NCBI GenBank assembly: GCA_964016885.1
Contig: OZ024748.1
Span: forward strand, 10,664,001 to 10,728,000
Source of the DNA: Eledone cirrhosa
Taxonomy: Eukaryota
Direction of reading: 5' to 3'
Length of the DNA stretch: 64,000 nucleotides
Below, piece after piece: positions 62,791 to 64,000 of the stretch. The translations under genes and the position numbers were made by a program. The notes under the pieces were generated by a model. That model saw only the letters and a list, made by a program, of their open reading frames with translations. It searched no databases and was not told the origin of the DNA. Numbering within the stretch: position 1 is the stretch's first letter; each line of letters begins with the position of its first letter.

Positions 62791-63191
62791 GTTTTTGTTT
62801 TATCATGGTACCAACACAACCACTTTACAAGGTGGTCTGGGTGTCTTTTATCGTAGGAACAACAAACACTTTACAGGGTGGTCCAGGTGTCTTTCATCAT
62901 AGTACTAGCACAAACACTTTACAAGGTTGTCTGGGTGTCTTTTATCGTAGGAACAACAAACACTTTACAAGGTTGTCTGGGTGTCTTTCATCATAGTACT
63001 AGCACAAACACTTAACAAGGTGGCCTGGGTGTCTTTTATCACAGTAACAACACAACCACTTAACAAGGTGGTCTAAGTATCTTTTATTGTGGTACCAACA
63101 CTTTTTACTGAGTCACCTGGGTGCTTTTGAAATTAGAAATGTGTGCAGCCCAATAGAATTGACTATTATTGTGGACATTTGCATTGGGATG

Positions 63192-63223
<32 letters not shown>

Positions 63224-63858
63224 TATGTATACACATGCACACACATGCGCATACACACCACCATCACTGTTTAACACCTATTTTCCATGCTGGCACGGAG
63301 ATACATATACATAGGTGACAAATGACCATAAGAACAGGCCACATGCTGTACTGGAGAAGACCCACATACCAGCATAAATGTGATCCCTTCCCTTCCACTC
63401 CTTAGTAGCATCACTACACCTGTCCTTTCTAAGATCCTGACACACAAGCATCTGCTCTCCCTAGTATTGCCATCATCACAGACCCCCAGCCCCCACCCCA
63501 CTAAATCTTACCATACTTGTGCTCGTCACCTCTGTAGGGTAGAGAGGGCTCTACATTTGAGTCAATAACTGACAACTTCTTCAATGATGGTGCCACGAAA
63601 AATGTACCCAGTATACCGTGTACGGTGGTTGGCAAGAGGAAGGGCTACTTGCTGAAAAACGGTCTGAAAGACCCTTTAATTGTGACAACGACATAACTTC
63701 TCTAGTGTTGGTAACACAATGAAATGCACTCGGTAGAGCGTAGGAATGTATGTAAGCGAGATGTAGGCGCCCAGACCGTCTGAGAGGTCAGTACATAGGG
63801 AGGTTGGACACTAAATGACAACGATGACACGCGTATATTTATATATATATACACACAC

Positions 63859-63897
<39 letters not shown>

Positions 63898-64000
63898 ACT
63901 GCAGCTAGTATCAAGTATCAACATCAGTACTTTTTTTTTTTCACGTCTGGTATTTATTTCCGCTAACAAACGAGATATGTCCGACTAAATGAACTTTTCG

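Overview
AT-rich, microsatellite-dense animal genomic DNA; the SINE/LINE/MITE repertoire suggests a coleoid cephalopod, probably an octopod (inference). Two spliced genes converge tail-to-tail, with only 173 bp between their stop codons. Rotatin (RTTN, + strand) has 25 visible coding exons from 69 to 32802, including a 2.37-kb exon; its 5' end is outside the window. The secretory-pathway Ca2+/Mn2+ ATPase SPCA1/ATP2C1 (- strand) has 23 coding exons from 55932 to 32976. The introns contain an intact tRNA-Thr(TGT), an ORF-intact RTE-type LINE (PHD-like insert, possible HDV-like ribozyme remnant), a 5'-inverted copy of that LINE, a chimeric LINE, CR1 and mariner relics, piggyBac- and hAT-type MITEs and many SINEs. 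Most unusual signals: (i) a 20 x 39-bp array that multiplies an ATP2C1 5' splice site and creates AG-[12 nt]-GTGAGT micro-exon units, plus two other donor-spanning duplications; (ii) short elements with hammerhead-ribozyme cores, including two fold-back palindromes of a Penelope-like type; (iii) inverted SINE pairs bracketing in-frame exons. All calls come from manual reading; no searches were run.
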